From assembly GCA_004764695.1 (NCBI GenBank), contig SMSO01000025.1, forward strand, positions 1,302,001 through 1,366,000: a DNA stretch of 64,000 nt. Direction: 5' to 3'. The position numbers were made by a program, and so were the translations under genes. The notes beneath the pieces were generated by a model. That model was not told where the DNA came from. It saw only the letters and a program-made list of their open reading frames with translations, and searched no databases. Origin of the DNA: Schizochytrium sp. TIO01 (Eukaryota; Protista; Bigyra: Labyrinthulomycetes). Numbering within the stretch: position 1 is the first letter of the stretch; each line of letters begins with the position of its first letter. This document shows, in pieces, positions 11,770 to 22,981 of the stretch.

Positions 11770-14580
11770 ATGCGAGCGAGCCTTCCGCGCGCACTCGCGC
11801 GCTGGCGGTCTTCTAGGGGCAATGAGGAGGAGGCGGCGCTGGCGGACCTGAGGCCGGTGTCGGTGCGCGCACTGATGGGTGTGCGCGGGGACATCGTTCG
11901 GGGACAGCTGGCGGAGGGTGTGCGCCTGTTCGTGGCGGTGCGCGACCTGGGGGACAAGCTGGTGGAGGGCCTGACGCTGCGGCTTACGGAGGAGCTTGGC
12001 GAAGGGCGGGCGCGAGGATGCGCGCTGTACGGCCCCGCGGGCGGGAGCGGGGAGGGGCAGGACGCATCGTCGGCAGCGGCGGCAGCGGCGGAGGAGGAGG
12101 TCGTCGAGTTTGTGATTGGAGTGGACGCCGTGGAGAAGAGGAGGGAGGCGTGGACCACGGAGGAAGTGGCCGCCTGCGTGGTGCTTCCGCGTACTCTCGA
12201 GGAGATGAACAAGTCCAAGGAAAGGGTCTACTTGAATCTGATGGAGGGAGAGGACGTGGGACGCGAGTTCCAAGGAACCTTTGTGAGCCAGGCCAGGGAG
12301 TGCTGCTTTTCGGACCTCGTGGATGCGTTAGAGGCTCACTTTAAGGAAAAGATTCTCGCCGGGAAGTCCTCCTCATCTGCCGCAGCAACCTCGACACCAG
12401 CATCGGTAGAGGCCAAGGACGAAAACCAAGGCTTGCTGCCAAAGGACTGGGACAAAGAATGCTTTGTGTGGATCGACGTCTTCTGCGCAAACCAGCCATT
12501 GCTCTTAGATCTTGATGAAGATGGACCTAAAGACATGGTCACTGCTTGGAGGAACTTCGTCTCAGAGGGACTGCACCAGGCCATGGCCAAGTTTGATGAA
12601 GCCGTCATCTTCCTCGACCGCTGGAACGACCCTACACCCATGCAGCGCACATGGTGCGTCTGGGAGCTCTACGGCATGCTGGTTAATGACCGCCCCATGA
12701 AATTCATTATGACACCGCAAGAGACCGAGAAATTCAACGCGCAGCTCCTAGAGGACGCAGACGAGGTCCTTGCCGTCATGGTCAATGACTGGGAATTCAA
12801 CGAAACACACTGCGTGAAGCCAATCGATAAAAATATCATCGATTACGCCATCGAGCACCTTATCGAAGGTGGTCTAGAGGCCTTCAGCGATTTGATCGCG
12901 TCCCAGCGTTCGGCATGGCTTCTCCAGTTTGCTCGCGAGTCTGTGCTGCGCTCAAGCAGAGAAAGTGACAACAAACGCACCGCGACTCTCTTAGATCACC
13001 TTGGCTACCTTCTAGATAGCCAAGGTGAATGCGACGAGGCTGTCGAATGTTATGAACGGGAGCTTAAAATTTTGCAGGAAAATTTTGGCCCCAAGCACCC
13101 GCACACCGCAACACCTTTACTTAACCTAGCCGATACACAGGACCAGCCAGAAGAAGCTTTGCGCCTCTTCTCCGAGGCTCTACAAATCCAACGCGATGGA
13201 CTAGGATCTCGTCACCTGGATGTAGCGTCTACTCTCAACCGTATCGGGGAACTCCACCGTAGTCAGGAGAACTTTGAAGGCGCTCTTGCAGCGTTCGAGG
13301 AGTACCTCTCCATCCTTCGTGCCATTCTTGGCACCCAACACGTTGATGTTGCAGCAGCACTTGACAGCGTTGCCAGCATTCACGAAAGTTTGGGCCATTT
13401 TGAGGCTGCTATGCAGTTATATCAAGAAGCTCTGACAATTCACCGCAATCTTTGCGATGATCCGTATCCTTTAGTTTCTTGCTCGCTTAGTTACGTCGCT
13501 GGTGTTCATGAGTCTCTGGGCAACCTAGACGCAGCGCTGCAATGCTATCAAGAATGCCTTGCGATTACTAAGGAAGCAGTTGGCGATGAGGATATTTTTG
13601 TCTCGACTACCTTGAGTCGTGTTGCCGGCATTTACGAGGCACAAAAGGACCACGAGTCTGCCATCAACTATCACTTGGAATCTCTCGAGCTGACAAAGCA
13701 AATCATGGGGTCCCAGTCTTACCTTGTTGGCACAAAGTTGCACGAAATTGCAGTGTGCTATGACTCGCAGGGCCGACCTGACGATGCCCTACGCTACTAC
13801 AATAGAGCACTCAAGGTGCAAAGAGATAGTGATGTAGATTGTCGCGTAGAACTTGCCACTACGCTCGTCAACGCATCATCTGTAGATTTCTTGCAAGGCC
13901 GCTATAACGTGGCCTTAGAAAGGCTTGAAGAGGCGCTGGAACTGAAGAAAGATGTTTTCGGTCCAGACCATGTCGAGGTGGCATTGATTCTTAATAATAT
14001 TGCAAGCGTGTATAACATGTTCGAAGGCTTTGCTGAAGGTTTGCAGGTTGCCCAAGAGGCCTATGCTATTCTCCACGAAGATGGCAGCGGCGAACGCATT
14101 TCTGACATGGCTGATACGCTTGACAATATCGCCAAGGCTTACAAAGGTCTTGGTCGCGATGAGAAAGCTGCCAAGACCTTTGAAAAAGTCTTGCGAATGC
14201 GTAAGGAGACACTTGATCCTTACAATTCATTAATTGCCAATACTTTGAACAACCTTGCCCTGACCTACGTTTCGCTAGGCCGCTTTAATGAGGCCTTGCG
14301 CACATACAAGGAAGCGTTGGATCTTCGCCGAAGCTCGCTCGGCGACCGACATGATCGTGTCGGCACTATCCAGCACAATATGGGAACTGTTTATTTTCAG
14401 CAGGAAAAATGGCGGGATGCGCTGCTCTGCTTTGAGTGCGCTGAGACGATTCGTCTGCAGACACGTGGTACACAAGATCCTTGGACCCAGAATACACAAA
14501 CCTGGATTAAGGCTTGTCGCACCCATCTTCGCCCTGATTCCGCAATTCCTCAAGTCTCACTGCCCGAAGACGACCACTGA
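11770..14580 (+). CDS. HET/TIR-like domain + TPR-repeat protein, copy 1 (936 aa from the likely start; ~12 42-aa TPRs)
   Basis: Motifs WTTEEV, GTFVSQAR, FVWIDVFCANQ and LDRWNDPTPMQRTWCVWELY, followed by kinesin-light-chain-type TPRs. The start at 11770 (MRASLPRALARW) aligns with the copy-2 N-terminus (MRRSLAKSLSRF). The frame is open upstream to an ATG at 9688, but that stretch is low-complexity. Confidence 0.9.
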   Translation: MRASLPRALARWRSSRGNEEEAALADLRPVSVRALMGVRGDIVRGQLAEGVRLFVAVRDLGDKLVEGLTLRLTEELGEGRARGCALYGPAGGSGEGQDASSAAAAAAEEEVVEFVIGVDAVEKRREAWTTEEVAACVVLPRTLEEMNKSKERVYLNLMEGEDVGREFQGTFVSQARECCFSDLVDALEAHFKEKILAGKSSSSAAATSTPASVEAKDENQGLLPKDWDKECFVWIDVFCANQPLLLDLDEDGPKDMVTAWRNFVSEGLHQAMAKFDEAVIFLDRWNDPTPMQRTWCVWELYGMLVNDRPMKFIMTPQETEKFNAQLLEDADEVLAVMVNDWEFNETHCVKPIDKNIIDYAIEHLIEGGLEAFSDLIASQRSAWLLQFARESVLRSSRESDNKRTATLLDHLGYLLDSQGECDEAVECYERELKILQENFGPKHPHTATPLLNLADTQDQPEEALRLFSEALQIQRDGLGSRHLDVASTLNRIGELHRSQENFEGALAAFEEYLSILRAILGTQHVDVAAALDSVASIHESLGHFEAAMQLYQEALTIHRNLCDDPYPLVSCSLSYVAGVHESLGNLDAALQCYQECLAITKEAVGDEDIFVSTTLSRVAGIYEAQKDHESAINYHLESLELTKQIMGSQSYLVGTKLHEIAVCYDSQGRPDDALRYYNRALKVQRDSDVDCRVELATTLVNASSVDFLQGRYNVALERLEEALELKKDVFGPDHVEVALILNNIASVYNMFEGFAEGLQVAQEAYAILHEDGSGERISDMADTLDNIAKAYKGLGRDEKAAKTFEKVLRMRKETLDPYNSLIANTLNNLALTYVSLGRFNEALRTYKEALDLRRSSLGDRHDRVGTIQHNMGTVYFQQEKWRDALLCFECAETIRLQTRGTQDPWTQNTQTWIKACRTHLRPDSAIPQVSLPEDDH

Positions 14581-17286
14581 GTTGGTAGCAGTGTGAGACA
14601 AGCGATCGGTGATGAGGGGGGCACCGATCATTGATCGCCTTTCCTTTGTTGGCCATCTAGCTTAAGTGAAGGCACACTATGAGAGGATTTGCATAGGAAC
14701 CTTTTCCCCTCTCTGACAAATTTGATTTTCTTTTGATGATCGCTAATATATATAGCATTTGCGTTAAGAGAGTCAGCTTGCATTCGTTCTCCCTCAACTT
14801 TATGAGTGAGTAAGGAATGTGGCAACTCTTGATTGTTGTTACTTTTTTTTCTTTTGAATCGTTTTCTATGTTGACTCGTCCTCCCAAGTAGAACAGACCC
14901 ATATGTTAACTTCGGTTTTTTGATGTTTGGGAATAATGGTTTCTATCTTGATAAAATCTGGTCCATGTAACTTGACCTCTCACTTATGAAGTATACTGTA
15001 TATTTGCCGTTTTCAGGTTACATGACTGAAGAGGTCTGTATTTTATAACGATGTATGCAATGCCTCGTAGCTAAACTTCTGGGAGGATAAAGAACAATGA
15101 TCTAGTAGAGAAACTATTATGAAAATCAGGCGATGTTTCTACTGTGCCAACTCTTGGACAGACTTCATGTACAATATTTGCAAGAGTATACCACGAAGGA
15201 GCTGTTTTATGCCGCCAAAATGTCTGTATCATTTCTTCTAAGTATCTAAGAAGTAAAACCACAACCTGCGATTATTACACTTCTTTAGCCTTAACATTTA
15301 CTTATGTAAACTGGCTAAACTTTTCTCAATCACCTTTCTGAATAACCAACACATTCACAAGCTGATGGAAAGATTACTGCCCGGACAGGACGCGATCGCC
15401 ACAAGTTTCTTCTTGTCAAATTAGTAGGTTTGGTCTGTAAGGGGGCTCTAGCATCTTAAAAGTTGTGTTGTTGGATCAAACTTGCATTCTACCTCTAACA
15501 AAGAAGATAAACTACAATCTCAGAAAACTTTAGTACAGTACTACTACTCCTGCATTTGCAAGACTTCCTTGGTGAAAATTAACAATGATGATAAGAGATA
15601 TACCCATTAGCCTTTAGTAAGAACTGCTACCTATATAGACTTTGACGTCAGACTGCCGTTGCCTCTGGCCTTGGAAGAGAGTTAAGGTCTCGTTCCAGTA
15701 AAGCCTTCCTGCCCTTCCTCATAATGGGCGCTAAACAATTGTCTGACTTGAAAATTGAACATCATATGTGTAAAAGGCTACTCATATTCCTATTTTACCG
15801 CGGCCTTCCTTCTTCAGGGAAGTCCCCTCTATACTGCTAACTCGATTTCTCCTTACTTGAATGTCTGTCCGAACCTAACCCTGGTACTTTACCATATAAT
15901 GGCGCACACATTGTTTTCAATCATGATCCTCGCTGCTCTAGCCAAATTATCAGAGGAATTGAAGCAGCCATTGCCAATATGATTAATCGCCCCCTCAATA
16001 ATAGCAAGCATCCACCATCGCCCATGCATAAATAACTTAATCATGGCTAAACCGACCCCTGTCTTGCTGTATTGACATGTGTATGCGTCCTTCGACTTCA
16101 ACTCCACGCTGCCTAGCCTTAGATTTGCAGCACAGCCAGATTCTAAGTCTCCACGCGTGTGACGGCGACGAACAAAAGTGTCAAAGGCTGCCGTTGTGTC
16201 AAAACTTGTACTCACTCATTGAACAAACTTGAAAAATGCAACGATTCTGATCGTGTCAATTGCGCAGCTAGAGAGGGGGGGTGAGAGAGAGGAGCAGCTT
16301 CTATTTTGTGCCCTTCCAGAGTGCAGGAAACTCATTTGGAATGGACGCTTCTGCTGCCACACCCTGAAGTAAGATCATCGAATCCTCAAGACTTGGAGAT
16401 CTTAAAATGTTGTAGCCCCTTCGCACCAAACCTGGTATTTGTCGCACACCTTCCATCCATCTATCTGCACGTGCTAGCACTACTCCTAAATCATAATAAG
16501 ATAGCCTCACTCTTGCCTTACAGAGCAGAGCAAGATGACCAAGTTCGCTCGAATGCGGCTCCCCCCTTTTCGTTCAACGGCTGGTTTTCACGTTGCACTG
16601 CGAACCAGAAACCAGGTGCCTCAAGCATTGCTATCGTTTTCGTCAATCAACACAAGTGGCTCAGGTAGTATAGCTGGAATAGATGATTACTAGTAGTTCA
16701 AGCCATTACAATAGAAAGGTCCCTCAAGTTCCTGCAACAGATCACGCCCCCCCCCCCCCTAGAGCAAATCGCGCGAGTTCTGAACACGGGGCGTCGATCT
16801 TCATCGTCAAGTCTGCAGTGGACGTCAATACGTCATCCTGCATGCAAAGAACTTCTTTCTATACGCCAGATCACGTGCAATTAGCAAACATTAGTCAAAA
16901 AGCCCCGACATCGCAGGGCTAAAGTACGAGAGTGGTCATTTCCAGAGCTTGGCGAGCAGCTTTGTTTTGCTGAGCTGCACCTCCAGGTACCTACTACTTG
17001 GTGAAAGGGTTTCGTTGGTGGTACGTGTACTTCTTGAAATGACATGAAGTCTCATGTAGCTGAGCTAACTAGGGTGGAATGCCAAGGAACACGATTCTGG
17101 TATTTTGTCAGCACATGCCGGAGCCTCCCTGGATGATCTCCGAGCAGGCGGGCTCAAGCTCGTCGAAGACTCTTTTCAAGCAAATCGAAGCAAACCCATA
17201 TCTCTATTAACCTTTCAAAACTCCACTCCGCCGCACAGAAGACTTCAAGTATATTGCTGACCGAACTGGGAAGGAGACTGAAGGCG

Positions 17287-18903
17287 ATGGCGTCAATGCG
17301 GCGCAGTTTAGCGAAAAGCTTGTCACGCTTTAGCCGGCGCAAGAGCAAGGAAATAGCAGTGAAGGAGATTGTGGACTTTCGTGGCATCAGCTTACATAAA
17401 CTTCAAGAAATTTGTGCGGCTGTTGCCTCGCAGGAGTTGGCACCCGAGGTGCGGCTCTTCAGGCTCACAGGCGAACTAGCTGGACGAAGTGACATCCCTA
17501 TAGGCACCAGTATTAAACTATTACAAGAACTCGATTCTGGATTGGCTCAAGGATTACTTCCCTATAGTGCAGAGGTTATTGAGTTTTGTCCAGGGCAGAA
17601 TACCGTGGAAAAGCTGAGAGAAGAATGGAGTACTGAAGATATAGCAGAACACGTGATCCTAGCACTAACACAAGATTTAGAGTCTGGAAATCAGATTTAC
17701 CTTGCCACTGTGGAAGACTCCAGTGCCGTGGGGCAACCATACCAAGGTACCTTTGTGAGCCATGCAAGGTCTTCATGTTTCGCAGAACTTGTGTATAGCC
17801 TGAGCTCTCACTTGGGTTCTAAGAATGATGGCGAAATTGATGGCCAATATGTATGGATTGATGTATTTTGTACCAACCAAGTTATATTTTGTCAACAAGG
17901 ACTTTCTGAACAGCAAGAATTATCGTTTTTCCAGGCTTTAACGCAACTTATCACGAACTTTGAGAATGTCTCAATATTTTTTGACCACTGGAATTCACCA
18001 ACCCCTCTGCTTCGAACTTGGTGTGTTTGGGAGGTATTTACTTCTCTACAGTATGGGCGCTCACTTCAAGCTATTTTTGCAGATGGGCAAGAGGAAGATT
18101 TTAAGGAAGTTCTTATGAGAGATCCTGATGAAATCTCTGCGGTATCCTCCTTTCGGCTTGATGTACAACAATCACATTGCTCACTAGCGAGGGATACGTT
18201 TAGTCTTCGAAATGCATTCAATAGAACTATACAAGGTAATTATGCAGCCATCAATGTTAAAATCAACAAACAGATTGGCATCTGGGTCATGCAAATGGCT
18301 TTACAAACTATAGAACATGCACGTTCTGGGAGCGACCCTCTAGAGTTGGCCAAGGTTTTATCGCAGACTGCAAGCGTGATGGATAAATGTGGCCGCTATA
18401 CTGAGGCGCTGCTTTATTACGAAGAAGCATTAACGATCCAAAGGGAATGTCTCGGCGATTTTACTGCTGATGTAGCTACGACTCTGAACAACCTTGCATG
18501 TGTGTACGAAGAGCAGGGGCGATATGAAGATGCGCTTAATAACTACGCCGAAGTTCTTCATATCCTTGGAGACCTACTAGAAACAGAGCACCCTTATATT
18601 GCTACTACTCTAAGTAATATTGCCATGATCCACAGAATTCAAGGTGAATACGATGACTCGTTGCGCTACTATCTTCAGGCTCTCGATATTCGGAGAAAGT
18701 CTCTCGGGCATCGGGACCCTGATGTTGCCAATACGCTTAACGACATCGGCTGCGTCGAATTCGCCCAACAGCACTACCGTGAGGCACTTGAGCATTTTCA
18801 ACAAGCAGCAGAGATCAAGCAAGAAGCCTTGGGTAAAAGTCATGCATCATTTCAAACCTCCCAGGCATGGATTGATGCTTGCAAGGAACATATCAGTGAA
18901 TAG
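17287..18903 (+). CDS. HET/TIR-like domain + TPR-repeat protein, copy 2 (short form, ~4 TPRs)
   Basis: First ATG at 17287. Motifs FRGISL, WSTEDI, GTFVSHAR, YVWIDVFCTNQ and FDHWNSPTPLLRTWCVWEVF; four 42-aa TPRs; C-terminal cap AWIDACK. Confidence 0.92.
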   Translation: MASMRRSLAKSLSRFSRRKSKEIAVKEIVDFRGISLHKLQEICAAVASQELAPEVRLFRLTGELAGRSDIPIGTSIKLLQELDSGLAQGLLPYSAEVIEFCPGQNTVEKLREEWSTEDIAEHVILALTQDLESGNQIYLATVEDSSAVGQPYQGTFVSHARSSCFAELVYSLSSHLGSKNDGEIDGQYVWIDVFCTNQVIFCQQGLSEQQELSFFQALTQLITNFENVSIFFDHWNSPTPLLRTWCVWEVFTSLQYGRSLQAIFADGQEEDFKEVLMRDPDEISAVSSFRLDVQQSHCSLARDTFSLRNAFNRTIQGNYAAINVKINKQIGIWVMQMALQTIEHARSGSDPLELAKVLSQTASVMDKCGRYTEALLYYEEALTIQRECLGDFTADVATTLNNLACVYEEQGRYEDALNNYAEVLHILGDLLETEHPYIATTLSNIAMIHRIQGEYDDSLRYYLQALDIRRKSLGHRDPDVANTLNDIGCVEFAQQHYREALEHFQQAAEIKQEALGKSHASFQTSQAWIDACKEHISE

Positions 18904-19815
18904 CTAGACTTGCTGAAATGAATACTAATAAAATAACGGGCTAAATAAAATGGCGTTTACTATATGACTCTATAAACCGACCATAATGATATGTGAATAG
19001 ACATTTAGTAAAAAGTTTAGAACATACCTTAGTTTTGTTGCAGATTAGCTTTATGTAGATGAGCGTACAGAGGTAGTTGATAAGATAGCGAACTTAGTGC
19101 AATTGATGGATTGAAGCCTGTTGATGAGGGCAAAAGCGAAAAAGATCATATTGAGGTTATTGAGGTCATTGAGGTTCTGGATTCAGGCAGCATGAATGAT
19201 TCATGCTGGACTGAAGCGCTATGTTGGGTTAGATTAGGGTTTGGGTAAGACACCTAGCTGGAGATCACTTCGATACTTTAAAGAAGCAAGAGAAGAGCAT
19301 TGCAAACAGAGTTAATTCAATTACCTGTTCTAATCGAGAGAGCCAGGTTCCAGATACTTTTTTTTTTTTTTTCCCTCGGGTTTCAAAAATATCAGCGAGA
19401 AGATTTTCTGATGGCACAAATTTTTTTCAATAAATTTAGAAAAGTGAATTGGTCGATTTTTTATACCTAAATTCTACATTAGCGTTGGATTATTTAAGAT
19501 TGTGCAAGGCTCACAAGTACCATTTGCCTACATTATCTAGTCAAAGGAGTTTGTGCGCCCTTTTAAATTCTAACAAACTTTCAGAATTTGCTTGAGTTCG
19601 TCAATCATTCAGGCAACTGCTTTTGCAACTTTTTAGCCCTCCATAGCACCAACAAATTTCTTGCTTTCGACCCCCCCCCCCCTCCTTTGAAAGCAAGACT
19701 TCTATGGTTAGAAAAAAATTGATTAGTTAATAGACACCTTCACAAAGGGAGTAGATATTGATTTTGACTAATAAAATTGGATCTGCTTATATACTTTGTT
19801 TCGTGCTCACTGCCT

Positions 19816-21678
19816 TTAATTAGAGTAATAATGATTTGTGATAATGACCTCTTTTACAGGCCCTTGAAACTGTAGATTGGTTGTAACGTAATGATCCAAA
19901 GAAGATAACTGTGGTTCTGTGGTGATGGAGCCTAATGATGCGCCTTTTCCTTCTTTGTTTCCATCTTTGTGAAAGTGGTTCACAATTGTCACTTTATCTA
20001 TAGGGCACAAGAAACTAATCTGCTTACCCACTCCATTGTTCAAAGAGGCTTCTGGTTTTATTGACGTATTCCTGGAAGGTTCTCTTTTTTGCCCCTTCGA
20101 AAAAGTATCACTAGCAATTTCATTGTCGCTAACCTCAGGTGCAGGGAATGGGAGATTGGTGACGGGATTCGAAAGACCTGCTTCAAAGTGGCGATTTTTG
20201 TGGTCGTCACTATTATTATCATTCATCTGTTGATCATCTTTGGCATCAGCCTCCCCTTGTTCGCTGCGGTCCGGTCTGTCCTCGCTGCTCAACTTCTCTC
20301 CATCTTGATTGTCAGGTTCATCCTGATCAATATTGACAACATCGCCCAACTCATTGTCATTTCGCTCACTAGATGCGAAATACTTTTCTTTCTTTATGAT
20401 ATCCATAGTGGGTGGTTTAACATCATCTTGCTTCTTTCCGTCGCGGGAACCGCCTATCTTTCTAGTGTTGTCTAGCTTGGTCGTATCCTGCTCACTTTCT
20501 GAGACCATGACATTGAATTGTTGATCCTCTAATTTCTTAGGCGATGGATTTAGTTTAGACCTCCTCCTTGAACGAATGAATAAAGGCTGCTGTTCATCAT
20601 TACTACTATCAGAAAGTTGTAATAGAACTACTTTCTTGGCATTTGCATTTGTATCTTTGACCTTATCTTCATTTTCAACCTTATTTGCATCCTCGACCTT
20701 ATCTTCAACCTTATCTTCATCTTCAACGTCTATATTTTCTGCGAAGATTGAATCATCGGTTTCTTTTCTACCAAGACTTCCAATACTTCTTTTCCTTTTT
20801 CTATCTTTCCTTTCGTCCTTTGACACAAGACTGTCGCTAACCTTGTCACTATCCACAACACCGTTACCATCTTTCCCGTCTCCATCTTCGTCCTGATCAT
20901 CATCTGCATCGTCTCTGCCCTCGAAGTCAAGCACAACGACGCTTGATTCTCCACTCATACTAGCCATGTCATCCTCATCTCCCTTTTTGATATTTTCTTT
21001 TGCGGAGTTTTGTGTTGTTCGTCTTCCGCCTCCATGTTCAGTACATTTGCCACCACCTCTACTGAACTTAGTACAACCATCCACTTTACAACGCCGTCCA
21101 CCTCCATGCGCGTTGCATTTGCCACCACCCTTATCATATTTGTCACAGCCATCTACTTGGCACCTTCTGCCACCTCCATGATCTTTACACTTGCCTCCTT
21201 GTAATGCCCGTTCTTCGCAGTCAGGAATGCAGCACCGCTTACCACCTCCATGCTGTCTGCACTTTCCTCCAGGTAAAGCAATTTTTTCACAATCAGGCTC
21301 AAGACATTTATTGCTACCGCCGTGACTTGAGCAGAAGCCATTCTTAAGAGCATCTTTGTCACAATCGGGCTCTTTGCACGTCTCGTTCCCCCCTCCATGC
21401 TCAGCACATCTGCCATTTGGACGAGCTGCTCTCCGGCAGTTCTCCTTGTTGCACTCCTTGACGCCTCCATGATTAGGGCAATTATTGCCTCTAATGACGT
21501 GCTCTTCACAGTTTTCATGCTGGCACTTCTTGCGTTCGTCGTGCTCCCTACACTTTCCCTTTGAAAGCGCTATATTTTGGCACTCAGGATGTTTGCATCT
21601 CTTGCCACCTCCATGAGCTCTACAGAAGCCGCCGCCCTGATTGTGTTTGTCACAGCTGGGAAACTTGCATCTCGACAT
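19816..21678 (-). CDS. WRKY19-like C-x4-C-x9-C-x2-H(GGG) zinc-finger repeat protein with an acidic disordered tail
   Basis: Nine ~24-aa repeats (e.g. RRCQVDGCDKYDKGGGKCNAHGGG) in aa ~3-218; basic NLS-like RKDRKRKR; no WRKYGQK domain. Confidence 0.9.
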   Translation of the reverse strand: MSRCKFPSCDKHNQGGGFCRAHGGGKRCKHPECQNIALSKGKCREHDERKKCQHENCEEHVIRGNNCPNHGGVKECNKENCRRAARPNGRCAEHGGGNETCKEPDCDKDALKNGFCSSHGGSNKCLEPDCEKIALPGGKCRQHGGGKRCCIPDCEERALQGGKCKDHGGGRRCQVDGCDKYDKGGGKCNAHGGGRRCKVDGCTKFSRGGGKCTEHGGGRRTTQNSAKENIKKGDEDDMASMSGESSVVVLDFEGRDDADDDQDEDGDGKDGNGVVDSDKVSDSLVSKDERKDRKRKRSIGSLGRKETDDSIFAENIDVEDEDKVEDKVEDANKVENEDKVKDTNANAKKVVLLQLSDSSNDEQQPLFIRSRRRSKLNPSPKKLEDQQFNVMVSESEQDTTKLDNTRKIGGSRDGKKQDDVKPPTMDIIKKEKYFASSERNDNELGDVVNIDQDEPDNQDGEKLSSEDRPDRSEQGEADAKDDQQMNDNNSDDHKNRHFEAGLSNPVTNLPFPAPEVSDNEIASDTFSKGQKREPSRNTSIKPEASLNNGVGKQISFLCPIDKVTIVNHFHKDGNKEGKGASLGSITTEPQLSSLDHYVTTNLQFQGPVKEVIITNHYYSN

Positions 21679-22981
21679 CTCTCCTAGGGCTTTCAGATGC
21701 TTTGAAGTATGTCGGACGCGTGCGTGGCAATGTTTTGTTTCGCGACAAACTTGTGTTGCACCTAAGGCACGTGCGCTCTCCCAAGCAAGAAAGCTAGCCA
21801 GCCAGCCAGCCAGCCAGGCAGGCAGGTCTCCAAGTTGTACAGATGTAGTATCGCTGCGACTCCGTCCCTGATGTGCTTAGATGGTCCTTCGTGGCTTGCG
21901 GGTTTGCACTGGGAATGGTGCTGCTTCACTCTCTTAAAACAGACAAGACTTAACTTAGTTATCATGGAGTCTAATTAGTACCCTAGCAGTATGATCGCCT
22001 AGTACATGCTGGAATACGGTCTAATAGCTCACGAATTTGAGAGCGCCTAACATAAGGCAGGCGAAATACAACGATTGGTAAGTACAGTATGATCTCCAAG
22101 AACAGAGAAAATTCGGCTCGTGTTCGTGGTGGCATAGTGTTTTTACTCGATGAGTGGAATAGAGTCAAACGAAGTCCCTTTTAGATGTAATTTTCACTAG
22201 AGGTGGAACTAGATAGCCCTGGTAAGGTAAGTAAGTTGGTTGCAAAGGCTTTGTCAGGGGGCAGACGTCCTCGAAAATTCTGACTTCGTTGCACCAGGCA
22301 GCTTTTGGGGGTGGGCTGTGAGATATGCATACATGGTCATTCTATAAGATCTGCTCAGGGAAAACGATGTACGACTATTTTTCTCTAAATGTCACGATGC
22401 TTATATTATATGACTCTTGCGCTGTATGTCACCATAGAACTTGTTCGCAACAGTGTCTTCCCTAGAGTCTTGTTTACCTTGCACGTGATCCGACAACTTG
22501 AGAGTTTGTCAAACCTGACTTTGTGAATTTACGATGAGGTTAGGCAAAGTTTGCATAGAGTCGAGCAGAGGGCGGGAACCAAATGATTCCCTTACCAATG
22601 GTAGGGAAGCTAGCAGCTAGCGATAGTTAGTAGATCTAGTATGGCGGCTGCACCTGTCCCTAGCTAGAAAATCCACTTTTTTATTTTTCTTCCAATTTGG
22701 GAGTTAAAAAGAATATCTAACTTTGACCTTTTAATCACCGCTGACTGAAACTGAAAAACGAAGGTATATGCCTGATCAATGTTACACGTGGCGCAGACCA
22801 GTATCTAGCACCGAGTGCACGCCTTTACCGAGGTTCTGGCCCTTCTGTGTCGTGCAGAAGAGGAGGCTTGCATCGATTACTGCTGTTGCTTCATGATCTA
22901 GTTGTACATGAATCACCATCCACAACTCTTAAGAAGTTAGCAGGCTAGAAAAGAGAAGCATACGGCAAGAACCCTTACAGC

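Noticed and set aside
9652-14580. 1642-aa ORF taken at face value as one protein
   Set aside because: It starts at TTG and the first ~700 aa are repeat-derived. Homology to the paralogues begins only at Met 11770.
16306-16500. Ankyrin-like peptide fragments (SRLGDLKML, IHLSAR)
   Set aside because: Too short and interrupted by stops.
19816-21678. Calling the zinc-finger gene a WRKY transcription factor
   Set aside because: No WRKYGQK domain; only the WRKY19-associated C3H repeats are present.
16465-22795. CACGTG (E/G-box) sites upstream of cluster genes as a shared regulatory motif
   Set aside because: The overall count in the window is about what is expected for a 6-mer in 64 kb, so there is no evident enrichment.
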